DNA of 64,000 nucleotides, taken from the IMG/VR virus record IMGVR_UViG_2799112719_000001; one strand, written 5' to 3'. The translations under genes and the position numbers were made by a program. Below, piece after piece: positions 42,164-52,553 of the stretch. The notes beneath the pieces are model-generated. The model did not search any database and was not told the DNA's origin. It worked only from the letters and a program-made list of their open reading frames with translations. The stretch is from a virus. Each line of letters begins with the position of its first letter. Position 1 is the stretch's first letter.

Positions 42164-42190
42164 CCCGCTGGTTATCCAGCGGGTTTTCTC
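42164..42190 (+). terminator. Rho-independent terminator after the MTase cassette array
   Basis: CCCGCTGG-ttat-CCAGCGGG followed by TTTTCTCTTT. Confidence 0.65.
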
Positions 42191-42219
42191 TTTGTCCCTA
42201 CCTCCCGCTATTTCTGCAC

Positions 42220-42227
42220 TATCTTTG
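42220..42227 (+). promoter_or_regulatory. -7 box TATCTTTG upstream of the tape measure gene
   Basis: Consensus match 23 nt upstream of the ATG. Confidence 0.4.
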
Positions 42228-42249
42228 CCTAAAATAAACGTGATTTTAT

Positions 42250-45200
42250 ATGGCAGATACAAAGAAATCCGAGGTAGTCATTACCTGTAACGCCCAACAG
42301 CCAAAGGCCGCTGTCCGTGCTATGGAAACGGAGCTGAAACGTCTTCAGGCTGCATACAAGCAACTCTCCGACGCTGGTAAGGCCGGCACAGAGAGGGCAA
42401 AACAGATGGCTCACGAAATCAAGGAACTCTCCATCGCCGTGAAGGAGGGTAAGGCCAACATGGATAAGATTGTTACCGTGACAAACAATCTTTCCAACTC
42501 TTCCCTGTCACAGCTGCAACGTGCTTTGCGCCAGGTGAAGAAAGAAATGGGCCGTGTCAGTACCGATTCGCCTAAACTCGATGACCTGCGCCAGAAATAC
42601 AAGGCCATCACCGACCAAATCAAAATCCTTCAGGGTGAAATGGTCAACATCCAGAAGCACATGGGCAATTTCTCCCAGACTTCTGACGCATGGCTCTCTC
42701 GTGCCATCAATCAGCAGAAGCAACTCGTGGCTCAGACTGACAAAACGAATAGTGGCTATCAGCGTCAGGTGGATATTCTGCATCAGCTTCAGGCCGAACA
42801 GCAGAATAGGGCAATGGCTACCGTATTGAATGGTGGTGCTACTGCTGATGATCTCCGTGCCGCTCGTGCCTCTATCACGTCTTACCGTGACCAGTTAGGT
42901 AAAGGTGGTATTATGCCTGTTGGTGGTGACGTGGCACGGGAAATTGAAGCCTGTAATGTCGCTCTGAAGAAATGTGATGAGCAGTTGGATGTTATTGCCG
43001 GTAAGGAGAAACAGATTGAGCCGACCGTGCAGGAGATAGAGCAGGATATCACGAAATTGGTTGGTAGTCTGGCTAACGCCTCTCCTGAACAGCTCCGTAA
43101 GGGTTTGGAGCAATGCCGTAACCAACTGGATAAGATGGCTGCAAACGACCCCAACCGTCAGAAGTGGGTTACTTGGGCAAAGCAGCTGAAAACGGCTCTC
43201 GAAGGTGTGGACCGTGAAGCCGTTGACATCGACAAAGTGATGCGTAACCTCAAAAAAGAGCCATTGGAGAATCTTCGTAAGGCTGCAAAGCAGTTGGAAG
43301 AGGAAATGGTGAAACTGAATCGTGAGGATGCAAAATATAAGGATCGCCAGAAACAACTACAAAAGATTCGTGGTGAGATAGACAGTGTTACGCGCTCTAT
43401 CAATAATCAGGCTTCTGCATGGAGTACGACGTTTAGAAATATCTCCATGTACTTTGGTGTGTTCCAGCTCTTCTCGATGGCACAGCAGAAGCTCCAAGAA
43501 ATGCTCCGTAGTAACCTGGCTTACTCCGACCAGTTGGCAGACATCCGTAAGGTGACTGGACTGGCCACTAAGGATGTGAACGAATTGGCTGAAAGCATAG
43601 CAAAACTTGATACGCGCACAAGCATTCAGGAGTTGTCAGATTTGGCGTACCAAGGCGGTAAGATGGGATTTGGAAAATACGGTGTGGAAGGCATGGTCGA
43701 ATTTGTCCGTGCTGCCGATCAAGTTAAGGTTGCTCTTTCCGATGACCTCGGCGAAGACAGCCTCTTGCAGATTTCAAAGCTCATTGATACGATGGGCCTC
43801 ATTCCGAAACTCGGTGTCGAAAAATCCATGCTGTCTGTAGGATCTGCCATTAACCAGCTTGCGGCCACTTCTACTGCCAGTGGTACGCATATCGTGGACT
43901 TCTCGAAACGCCTTACAGGTTTGTCGCGTATTACAGGAATTACTACGCCGGAGCTTTTGGCATTGGGAAGTGCAGCGGATGCTTTAGGGCAGGCTCCTGA
44001 AGTTGCAGCCACGGCCTTTGGTAAACTCTTCACGTCTTTGCAGACCAATCACAATCTGATTGAACAGCAGCTAAACATGGAGAAAGGTACTATCAATAAC
44101 CTTTTCTCACAGGGTAAGGCTATGGAGGCCATTCTGCAAATCATGGAAAAGATGCGTGATAAGGGTAACATGAATGCGCTGGGTAACATCTGGAAAGATC
44201 TTGGTTCTGAGGGTCAACGCTTGATAGGTGTGATGGCCACCATGTCGAAGAATGTAGATACTGTACGCGCACATGTAGAGGAAGCTAACGAGGCTTTTGA
44301 AGAGGCAACATCGCTGACCACGGAGTATGCCATGAAGCAGGAAACGGCTAATGCCATTCTTGAACGTGCCAACCAACTTTGGGTAAGAACATTCGTGAAC
44401 CCAGAGGGTGTTGACACCGTGAAGGAGCTGTCGCAGGCTTGGTATGACATGAGCCAAAAGCTGACCTCTTCGGCTCTCTACATGGGTCAAATAAGACTCG
44501 TGCTGACAATGATTATTGCTGCCGTGAAGCTGCTGGTGGTTCTGTTGCCTACGCTTATCCAGTTCCTGTTGTTCAAGGGTGCTTATATGGGCGTGATGGC
44601 TCTCTATCGTGGCTTCGTGGCAATGAAGACTGCCATTATCGGTGCTATGGTGGCACAGCAGGGCCTTAACACGGCTATGAAGGCTAACATCTTCGGACTG
44701 ATAATCTCCCTGATAGCTTCTGCCGTCGTTTGGCTAACAAACTATGGCAATGCTGCCGATGATGCTGCCAACAAGCAGAAGACGATGAACGAGTACATCA
44801 AGGAGGCTGCTGCTGAGATCGACAAAGAGACTCGTAAACTGGAATCCTATAAGCGTGTCCTGGAAGACGCGAACACGTCACAGGCACAGCGTGAGCGCAT
44901 CCTGAGACAGTTTAACCGTACTTACGGCACCTATCTGAATAAACTCGGCATCGAGGTTAATTCGGTGGATGACCTGCGTAAGCATTACGCGCTCTTGAAT
45001 GATGAACTGCGCAAAAAAATATATTACCAGACGAAGCAACGCGCTTACGATCAGGAGTTGGGCGATAAGGCTGGAGAGTTGGGCAAAAAGGCTCGTGCTT
45101 TCTCTGACCTGACGGTAAATAATTCGCGTGATGGCTCTTTTGCTGCCTACGATACCAAATGGCTTGAAGATCAGATAAACCAGAATCAGAACACTTATGG

Positions 45201-47889
45201 TAGTGTAAACTGGGTTTCCATCTATTCTGACATGGTGCAGAGCCGTTTCGGTAGGCGTACTGATGGTAGAAGTGGCTTTAATAACGACTATTCGGTATTT
45301 ACCGATATGGCTGGTACTGAGCATAATGTAGCAGCTTATGGCAAGGCTATTCGTGAATATGTGGATGCCTGGCAGGAGTATAACAAGACGAAAAAGAGTA
45401 TTGATGCAGCTCTTGACCCGCTCATCGGCGACTACGATCCGTTTGCTGAGACTCCAGGCGAACTGACGAATGATGCTGTTGACAAAGAAGCTGAGAAGCG
45501 TCGCCGTGCAGAGGAAGCAGCCCGTCGCAAGGCTCTTCGTGCTGAAATGCGCGAGGAACAGGATAAGGCCAAGGCTATCATCGACAATGTAAAGAACTAC
45601 TACGAGCGTCAGATTGCTGCCATTACGGAAATGGCTACCCGTACCGGCATGGATTCAGAGCTTCAGAAGAAACTCGTGGATGGTATGACGGTACGCATGA
45701 ATAGCGCATTGGCCAATGTTCGCCAGGCTATTGCCGGCACAGAAAACGAATGGGCTGATTTCCGTCAGTCGATGATGGATGATCTCTACGAGCCGCTTTC
45801 TGCCGATGGCACCAACCAGTCAACGAAGTTGCTCGACAATATCATTCACAATGACATCGACCAGCTGAAAAAGATGATTGAAACGCTCTCTAAGGAGCTG
45901 GGGCAGAATGGTTCCGTATTGCTCGATCAGATATGGCGTAAGGCTACTGAGAATGAGTTGGCCAATGCAAAACAGGCAAATACGGCATACCAGGCCCGCC
46001 AAAAGGTGTTGTTGGAAAAGAACTATACCGGCAAAGTAAACCGTGACTATGAGGGTCAGATGGAGCAGTTGGGCGTGGCCGAGCTGACTTCCAACCAGTC
46101 GAAACAACTGATGCAATGGTCTCAGGAAGGTAAGTCTGAGGACATTCAAAACTTCGTTAATAGTCGCTCTCAGTTGTGGCAACAGGCATTCTTGAAAGCT
46201 CGTGAGCATATTGTGGATGTCTTTGCTGCTGATGTCTCTACTGAAGATGGCCAGAAGGCTATGCTTACGTTGCTCTTTGGCGAGGACTACAATGGTACGT
46301 TATCCGGCTCTGCCTTGGAGTCTATGCTGAATATGGACTTGCAGCAGTGGCAGGTGTTCTATCAGAAGCTCATCGAAATGTCCGACGCTTACACCGATGC
46401 CCAGAAGAAAGCCTATGACGAAGCAAAGCGCCGTGCTGACTTCGTGTTTAACAACCGTCCTGACATCCAGGGCATCGACAAAGCCACACAGGATCTTTCG
46501 ACTATCAATAGCGACCAGCAGCGTTTCGGCTCTGATAAGAACTTCACACAGCAGCTTGGAATGTCCTGGGATATGGATTCTGACCCAGAGATACTGCGCT
46601 ATCGCCTGCTGTCGGAAAAGGCCCGTCTCTACTATCAGGAAATGAAGTCGCTCCGTGAGCAGGATAAGATCAGCGAACAGCAGTTGACCGATGCTAAACG
46701 TCAGATGATGGAGGCACAGACGGCCATGGCCGATAAGGTGGCCGCTAAGTTCAATGAGCGTGTTCAACTGTTGCAGTCATTCAGCGAACCGATGGCGACC
46801 TTTGCCGAAGGGGTAGGGGAGTACCTGGAAAGCCTCTCTGATGATGCGGAGGATTCTAACGAGAAGATGAAGAACATGGCTAAGACCATGCTCAAAGCCT
46901 ACGCCAAGATGACGCTTCAGCTGATGGCCGAAGACCTGACTCGCCGCGTCACCAAGCAGCTATACCATCGTCAGGAGGAAGCCGACGAAACGCTGCATCA
47001 GCAGACATTGCTCCAGATACAACAGATGTACCAGGCACTCATGCTGACAGCACAGCAGACGGGCGACGCTGCACGTCTCACACAGCATTCGACATCTAAC
47101 GCTGCCGAACTGTCTGAGGAAGCAACGGCCACAACGGGTAAGGTGGGACTTGGTATTGCCGGTGGTGCTGCTAAGATCATTGGCACCTTGGGCTTCTGGG
47201 GTATTCCGCTCATCGCTGTTATCACAGCCTTGCTGATGGGCTTGCTCTCATGGGCTATCTCTGCTGCCTTTGGCGGTAGTGACAGTGGCGGTGCTGATTC
47301 TGGTCCTAACGTAAAGCTGGCCACGGGTATGCTGACATACGACGGTGGTAACGTGCAGTCTGTTGGTGGCGGTTCCACTCCATCCGGCGACACTACAAGC
47401 CCTGTCCTCGGTACAGATGGCAAGGTGTATAACGCTAAACAGGTAGGTAAACTTCAGACGGGCATTGTTACACAGCCTATCGCTACCATGGTCAACGGCC
47501 AGCCGTCTCTCGTGGGCGAGAAAGGCCCTGAAATGGTAATTGGTAGGGAAACAACAGCAGCTATGCAAATGGCGCGTCCTGACCTTATCAATGAGATTGT
47601 GAAGTTCGATAAAAACTTCTCAGGGCGTGGATTCCGCACTTATGACGATGGCAACCTGTCCGACTTCACGGTGCCCGATGCGTCAGCAGCGGGTGAAAAC
47701 ATGCTCACCTCTGATGACATCCAGGGATTCCGTGATACGATGGCAGAGTTTACGGCCATGATGTTGTTACTCCAGAAGAATGGCCTGCACGTCAACAAAT
47801 TCGGACGTGGAAGCGTCACTCAGGAGTCTGCCGACGGTGCCGCATTCATGCGTCGTAACTCCGGCGATCGTCTGTGGCGTAAGGGCTAA
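42250..47889 (+). CDS. Tail tape measure protein
   Basis: 1879 aa. Coiled-coil N-part, TP901-type core-like segment (GKMGFGKYGVEGMVEFVRAADQVKVALSDDLGEDSL...), central TM helices and a Gly-rich C-part. Confidence 0.7.
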   Translation: MADTKKSEVVITCNAQQPKAAVRAMETELKRLQAAYKQLSDAGKAGTERAKQMAHEIKELSIAVKEGKANMDKIVTVTNNLSNSSLSQLQRALRQVKKEMGRVSTDSPKLDDLRQKYKAITDQIKILQGEMVNIQKHMGNFSQTSDAWLSRAINQQKQLVAQTDKTNSGYQRQVDILHQLQAEQQNRAMATVLNGGATADDLRAARASITSYRDQLGKGGIMPVGGDVAREIEACNVALKKCDEQLDVIAGKEKQIEPTVQEIEQDITKLVGSLANASPEQLRKGLEQCRNQLDKMAANDPNRQKWVTWAKQLKTALEGVDREAVDIDKVMRNLKKEPLENLRKAAKQLEEEMVKLNREDAKYKDRQKQLQKIRGEIDSVTRSINNQASAWSTTFRNISMYFGVFQLFSMAQQKLQEMLRSNLAYSDQLADIRKVTGLATKDVNELAESIAKLDTRTSIQELSDLAYQGGKMGFGKYGVEGMVEFVRAADQVKVALSDDLGEDSLLQISKLIDTMGLIPKLGVEKSMLSVGSAINQLAATSTASGTHIVDFSKRLTGLSRITGITTPELLALGSAADALGQAPEVAATAFGKLFTSLQTNHNLIEQQLNMEKGTINNLFSQGKAMEAILQIMEKMRDKGNMNALGNIWKDLGSEGQRLIGVMATMSKNVDTVRAHVEEANEAFEEATSLTTEYAMKQETANAILERANQLWVRTFVNPEGVDTVKELSQAWYDMSQKLTSSALYMGQIRLVLTMIIAAVKLLVVLLPTLIQFLLFKGAYMGVMALYRGFVAMKTAIIGAMVAQQGLNTAMKANIFGLIISLIASAVVWLTNYGNAADDAANKQKTMNEYIKEAAAEIDKETRKLESYKRVLEDANTSQAQRERILRQFNRTYGTYLNKLGIEVNSVDDLRKHYALLNDELRKKIYYQTKQRAYDQELGDKAGELGKKARAFSDLTVNNSRDGSFAAYDTKWLEDQINQNQNTYGSVNWVSIYSDMVQSRFGRRTDGRSGFNNDYSVFTDMAGTEHNVAAYGKAIREYVDAWQEYNKTKKSIDAALDPLIGDYDPFAETPGELTNDAVDKEAEKRRRAEEAARRKALRAEMREEQDKAKAIIDNVKNYYERQIAAITEMATRTGMDSELQKKLVDGMTVRMNSALANVRQAIAGTENEWADFRQSMMDDLYEPLSADGTNQSTKLLDNIIHNDIDQLKKMIETLSKELGQNGSVLLDQIWRKATENELANAKQANTAYQARQKVLLEKNYTGKVNRDYEGQMEQLGVAELTSNQSKQLMQWSQEGKSEDIQNFVNSRSQLWQQAFLKAREHIVDVFAADVSTEDGQKAMLTLLFGEDYNGTLSGSALESMLNMDLQQWQVFYQKLIEMSDAYTDAQKKAYDEAKRRADFVFNNRPDIQGIDKATQDLSTINSDQQRFGSDKNFTQQLGMSWDMDSDPEILRYRLLSEKARLYYQEMKSLREQDKISEQQLTDAKRQMMEAQTAMADKVAAKFNERVQLLQSFSEPMATFAEGVGEYLESLSDDAEDSNEKMKNMAKTMLKAYAKMTLQLMAEDLTRRVTKQLYHRQEEADETLHQQTLLQIQQMYQALMLTAQQTGDAARLTQHSTSNAAELSEEATATTGKVGLGIAGGAAKIIGTLGFWGIPLIAVITALLMGLLSWAISAAFGGSDSGGADSGPNVKLATGMLTYDGGNVQSVGGGSTPSGDTTSPVLGTDGKVYNAKQVGKLQTGIVTQPIATMVNGQPSLVGEKGPEMVIGRETTAAMQMARPDLINEIVKFDKNFSGRGFRTYDDGNLSDFTVPDASAAGENMLTSDDIQGFRDTMAEFTAMMLLLQKNGLHVNKFGRGSVTQESADGAAFMRRNSGDRLWRKG

Positions 47890-47896
47890 CCACTGT

Positions 47897-47917
47897 ACCC
47901 AGCCGTTCTCGGCTGGT
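47897..47917 (+). terminator. Hairpin after the tape measure gene
   Basis: ACCCAGCCG-ttct-CGGCTGGT. Confidence 0.4.
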
Positions 47918-48866
47918 AACTATTGACATTGATTCTTGTACTACATACTGTTTATGTAATTTTTCGGTGGTCACGCTGTGAAGCGTGGCCACCGCCTGTG
48001 TAATTAAAGGCGTGGGCTATTCTCGCGCTGAAGGTAATCAGAATATCGCGCTGGCTCCGCTCTTGGGGTAATATCACAGCCTTTATATATGTGATTTTAA
48101 GCACATATTACCCCAATTTAATTACGCTGCAAATTTACGAATTTTCCGCGACATGGCCAAATGTTTTGGCGATTATTTTCTAATTATTTTCGCGCTCCTG
48201 TCGGTATTGTTCCCAGCGGTTTATCCGCTGGGTCTTCCTGGCTATCCCCGCACCCCTCAGTGGCGGTCAAAGGATGAGCAAGTGTTGGCACTATCATTCC
48301 CTGAAACGCCCTTAGATACTACTTTCTGGCCGCTTTTTAGGCTCCAAAAAGTTGAAAAAGTCATTTTCTGGCGTACCCTTACTATTATTTTGCGAAAATT
48401 CTTTCTCGATAATTCTCAAATTTCCGCACCTTAAAATGTAATGAGCAATAATGCGAAAGCTCTGCTTTCTCTTTTGATAATCAATGAGTTGTGGAGGAAC
48501 GGGGGAGGGCAGTTAAGCGGAGAAAACGGGATTTTTTCGTTCTAATTCCATATTTCTGTTTTTCTCCTGTATGCGTAATAGTTTGTGAAAAAGAGGTAAA
48601 AATAACTTTTTACCTTAGTATTAGGTATGAGAATCAACAAGTTAGCACTAAGTGTTTTCATCCTTTTTCAAACTTTTCTCATCCTTAAAAAACTTTTTTC
48701 CCCGAAAATGACATTAGGCTTCGTGGTAGATGTGGCTGCAAAAAGTTATTTTAGGGTTTGAGGGTGGTTTTGTCACTGAGAGGGGGAGAAATCGGGCGAA
48801 AACAGAATAAAACCCTCATAAAAGTGTTAAATTTTGGGGGAAATAAGAATAAAACCCGAATTATAT

Positions 48867-48897
48867 TTTGTCAATTCAAGAAAGTTTCTTATTTTTG
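48867..48897 (+). promoter_or_regulatory. Promoter for the 48948 operon
   Basis: TTTG at 48867-48870 and TATTTTTG at 48890-48897. Confidence 0.55.
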
Positions 48898-48947
48898 CAT
48901 CGAAAATCAGACTAAGAACTGATTAAAACCATAATAATATATAAGGT

Positions 48948-49331
48948 ATGAAAGTATATCTCGTCATCCTGAATTGGGTCCTTGCAAGCGCACTGGTGAG
49001 TTGTGCGCTGTGGCTGGCTCCCCTCGTTGGGGGCTGGCCACTACCTGTTGGTATGTTCATCGGTTGCATGATGACTGCCGGCATGGTGTCGTGGCAGTAT
49101 TACAAAGACCAGTCGCCGGAAAAGGAATGGAAGTGGCGTAAAAACTACTTCAAAAAGGACTATCGTATCGAGATCATGGCGCAAGTGGCCATCACCGCCA
49201 TATTGTACGGTCTCTCGTGTCTGTTTTGGCAGGGATTCTTCCTGCTGTTGGCCGGATTCTTTGCTGCATGGATCCTGAACATCCTCGTGGAATGGCTCTG
49301 GGCGGCCATACATCCACACTACCGTCGCTAA
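48948..49331 (+). CDS. Membrane protein (about 4 TM segments)
   Basis: Hydrophobic segments throughout. Lies downstream of TATTTTTG at 48890. Confidence 0.5.
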   Translation: MKVYLVILNWVLASALVSCALWLAPLVGGWPLPVGMFIGCMMTAGMVSWQYYKDQSPEKEWKWRKNYFKKDYRIEIMAQVAITAILYGLSCLFWQGFFLLLAGFFAAWILNILVEWLWAAIHPHYRR

Positions 49332-49341
49332 AAAGAAAAGT

Positions 49342-50352
49342 ATGTTTGACCAACTCTGTTCTGTATATAGCGACTCCCACGATAACTGTGGCCGTTTCGT
49401 TGACCGCGAGACGGGCGAGATTATCCAGCAGATGACCATCCGCGAGTTCTGTCTGACCGACCGCTGGAAGCCAGTGGTTGATCAGCTTCGCGCTATGGTG
49501 GCAGAGTATGGCGAGAAAGCGGCCAAGGCGCGTGATGACTACCGCGAAATGAAGACGCTGCTGCCTGGTGCTACTCTGTCGGGCCTCTTTGAGCTGCGTG
49601 AGGTTGACGTGGAGAAAACCAATCATCGTACAGGTGAGAAGTTCATCGTCAGGGAAATGGTGTCACGCCGTCAGGCACACCTCTTGCAGCATACAGGTTT
49701 CCTGTGTATCGACATCGACCGCCAGGATAACCAGTCGCTCCAGGATATGAAGGTCATCCTGCGCACATTGCGCCATCGGCCAGAGGTGGCACTGTGCATG
49801 AAGTCGTGTTCTGGCACAGGTTACTTCGTGCTTATTCCGTTGGCTTATCCTCAGTATCATCGTCAGCAGTTTGCGGCCTTGCTCCGCGAGTATGCAGCCC
49901 TGGGCATCGTCATCGACCGTAAGTGTGCCGATGTGACGCGCATCCGTTTCGCGTCCTACGATGATAAGCCGTTTATCAATAACAACGCTATTCCCTATTC
50001 AGGGGTGGACCTCGGCGAGCAGATGCTGGCACCCAAGGCTGCTGTCTATACACAGCGTAGTGAGACATCCGACGAACTGGTGCAAAAGGTGGAGATCCTG
50101 GTGCAGAAGCTCGAAACGACGCATACCGATATTACCAATGACTATGACGTATGGATCCGCATAGGCATGTCGCTGGCATGTCTGCCGGAGCCTTGGGGCA
50201 GTCAGTTCTTTCATCGAGTGTCTTCTATCAGCAATAAGTACAATGCTTCTGACTGTCAAAAGAAGTTTGAGTACAACAGTAATCCAACGACTATATCAAT
50301 AAATTACTTCTTTGCCCGTTGCAAGGAAGCAGGAATCACATTAAGGTATTAA
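49342..50352 (+). CDS. VirE/BT4734-like primase-type protein with a PriCT-like segment
   Basis: FLCIDIDRQDN, MKSCSGTGYFVLIPL, ADVTRIRFASYD, and DYDVWIRIGMSLA. Confidence 0.55.
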   Translation: MFDQLCSVYSDSHDNCGRFVDRETGEIIQQMTIREFCLTDRWKPVVDQLRAMVAEYGEKAAKARDDYREMKTLLPGATLSGLFELREVDVEKTNHRTGEKFIVREMVSRRQAHLLQHTGFLCIDIDRQDNQSLQDMKVILRTLRHRPEVALCMKSCSGTGYFVLIPLAYPQYHRQQFAALLREYAALGIVIDRKCADVTRIRFASYDDKPFINNNAIPYSGVDLGEQMLAPKAAVYTQRSETSDELVQKVEILVQKLETTHTDITNDYDVWIRIGMSLACLPEPWGSQFFHRVSSISNKYNASDCQKKFEYNSNPTTISINYFFARCKEAGITLRY

Positions 50353-50356
50353 CAAT

Positions 50357-51259
50357 ATGTATCTCATCAAACCATCAGTAGAATTATGGCCTGCGCCAGA
50401 GCAGTGGCAGGAACAGGTGGCTCGTGCTGCCCGTCTGTGCTATGCCTCTGAAGGTGGGCAGAAGAGTGCCGAGGACTTCTGCGAAATGCTGAAGAAACGT
50501 AATCACCTCTCGATGTTCCGGCATGGATCACGCTATTTCGTGGTGCCTAACGTGCAGCACTCTGAGGAAGCCGATAAAGAACATTTCCCGTTGTGGATGT
50601 TTACGGCTCTGAATAACTCGCCCTATGTGGGCATCGTCTATCACAAGGATAAGAAGGCTAAGACGCGCAACTACTTTGTCTCTACCAACCTTCAGTATCT
50701 CATGGATAACCCTCGCATTGAGTCACAGCTGGTGCCTTACGAGGTGACACTCCAGCAGTTTGTGGGAAAGGCCAATGAACTGAACTTTGTCACGGCATTG
50801 GCTCTGGTTCGTTATACGGTATGTGTGACAACGCAGATCAGTACCAGCCGCGAACTGAACCGCACTTCGCCTAACAACATTGCGGAGCAGAGCACCCGCT
50901 ATGTCAACTTCGGCAAAAAGGGTGGCATCACCATCTGTTTGCCTCACTGGTATAACTGTGCTCACTGGACGAAGAAACTGATGGCCCGCACGTTCTGGAA
51001 GTGTAGCGAGTGGGCATATAAGCTGGGGCTTCGCCTCGGACTGCCTGCACAGGATGCGCGTGGTTTCCTGGCTCTTGATACGGCTACCCGTGTGGCCTAT
51101 ACCTACAATGTCTTCGAGTGGAAAGCCATTATGCGCTTGCGTCTCACTGGTGAAACAGGCAAGCCACATCCCAATGCACAGATCGCTGCACAGCAGATTC
51201 ACGATGCCATTCTGCCTCAGATGCGTGTCTATGGTGGCGAAAGCGCGACTTTAGTGTAA
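50357..51259 (+). CDS. ThyX-like (flavin-dependent thymidylate synthase family) protein with a divergent signature
   Basis: TSRELNRTSPNNIAEQSTRYV aligns by eye to the ThyX signature RHRxxSxxxxSxRY, but reads R-T-S. Confidence 0.5.
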   Translation: MYLIKPSVELWPAPEQWQEQVARAARLCYASEGGQKSAEDFCEMLKKRNHLSMFRHGSRYFVVPNVQHSEEADKEHFPLWMFTALNNSPYVGIVYHKDKKAKTRNYFVSTNLQYLMDNPRIESQLVPYEVTLQQFVGKANELNFVTALALVRYTVCVTTQISTSRELNRTSPNNIAEQSTRYVNFGKKGGITICLPHWYNCAHWTKKLMARTFWKCSEWAYKLGLRLGLPAQDARGFLALDTATRVAYTYNVFEWKAIMRLRLTGETGKPHPNAQIAAQQIHDAILPQMRVYGGESATLV

Positions 51260-51294
51260 TAACTCATATTTTTTTAACTTAAAAGTAAATTTTC

Positions 51295-51738
51295 ATGGAA
51301 AAAACTTTGAATTACCCCCCCCTGGAAGAGCTGAAGACGCTCACGGAGGAAGAGGTCAGAGCATGGTTTGGAAAAGTCCGTATCTGGCGTGATGAGCACA
51401 TCGACGAACTGCGTCATCAACAAGAGACGGCCATCTTTAACATCAGGACTGAGCAAAAGGTGGAACGTAACCGTATTATCTGCCTGATTGAACTGAAACG
51501 CTCTCAACTGCCGACTGGTGGCAATACAGATGAGCGTGAGCGAACACTGACACTGCGTAACGAGATTCATAATCTCGATTACGAAATGCAGACGAATGAC
51601 ATCAACAGCCGTAAAAAAATTGCGGATATCAAGTATGAGTCTAAACGGGCCATCAATGACATTCAGCGTCAATGGGAAACCGCTACGGGAACCTTGAAAC
51701 AAGCCCTCGCTTTCGTCTGCAATAAGACTGAGGACTAA
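51295..51738 (+). CDS. Coiled-coil hypothetical protein (contains an in-frame C8 tract)
   Basis: 147-aa ORF. The C8 tract at 51315-51322 encodes PP. Confidence 0.5.
   Translation: MEKTLNYPPLEELKTLTEEEVRAWFGKVRIWRDEHIDELRHQQETAIFNIRTEQKVERNRIICLIELKRSQLPTGGNTDERERTLTLRNEIHNLDYEMQTNDINSRKKIADIKYESKRAINDIQRQWETATGTLKQALAFVCNKTED
51315..51322 (+). repeat. C8 tract (in frame)
   Basis: Counted directly in the sequence. Confidence 0.9.
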
Positions 51739-51770
51739 GTTACTATAATTATAATTATGATAAATAAACA

Positions 51771-52553
51771 ATGAAACGACCACTCGCCCACACTGCGATA
51801 TACAAGCCTGAAGGCCCTGCACAGGAGTATGCTGTCTGGGGATGCAATCTCTATAAGGGATGCGTCCATCAGTGTACCTATTGCTATCTCCGTCGTGGCC
51901 CGATGGCAAAGCAGCTCGGCGGTGCTGTGCCTGAGATAGAGAAAAAAGTGGGTGGTACGGAAGAGAAGGCTTACCGACGCTTCTGTATGGAAGTGGATGC
52001 TTACCATGAGTTGTTTAGGGCTGATGGTGGCATTTTCTTCTCTTTCAGTACCGACCCAATGCTTCGTGAGACGTATGCACTGACCATAAAGTGTGCTATC
52101 TATGCCATGGAGCACCATGTGCCGGTGTATATTCTCACGAAAGCGACATGGTGGGTACAGAATACTGAGATTATCCAGCAGCTCTTTCCGTACCGCTATT
52201 ATCTGCATATCGGCTTCACACTGACAGGCTTTGACTATATGGAGCCAAACGCTCCAAAGAACAGTAACCGCCAGGTGGCAATGATCATGCTGGAGAGCAT
52301 GAATTTCAAGTGCTGGGCTTCGATGGAGCCAGTCATTGACTTTGCTATGTCGTTGGCTATCATTGAGACCGTAAAGGATGTGTGCCGTGAGTTCCGCATC
52401 GGCCTCCTGTCGCCCTACTCTGCCAAACGGTATGATTGGAATGAGTGTGACCGATTCATGCAGCATGTCGAAAAACTATCAAACGAGTATGAGTTTAAGG
52501 TCGTTTGGAAGGAATCTATCAAGAAATTTTACCGAGAAGAAAAACCTGAATAA
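51771..52553 (+). CDS. Radical SAM protein (SplB/DNA-repair-photolyase-like)
   Basis: NLYKGCVHQCTYCYLRRG (CX3CX2C near the N-terminus). Confidence 0.6.
   Translation: MKRPLAHTAIYKPEGPAQEYAVWGCNLYKGCVHQCTYCYLRRGPMAKQLGGAVPEIEKKVGGTEEKAYRRFCMEVDAYHELFRADGGIFFSFSTDPMLRETYALTIKCAIYAMEHHVPVYILTKATWWVQNTEIIQQLFPYRYYLHIGFTLTGFDYMEPNAPKNSNRQVAMIMLESMNFKCWASMEPVIDFAMSLAIIETVKDVCREFRIGLLSPYSAKRYDWNECDRFMQHVEKLSNEYEFKVVWKESIKKFYREEKPE

Noticed and set aside
48153-48688. ORFs 48153-48434 and 48491-48688 in the 1-kb gap
   Set aside because: The reading frames run through hairpins and repeat motifs, the proteins look non-native, and there is no promoter or start context.
51274-52466. Minus-strand ORFs 51274-51909 and 51735-52466
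   Set aside because: They lie opposite plus-strand genes with clear motifs (radical SAM CX3CX2C) and have no promoter or leader context.
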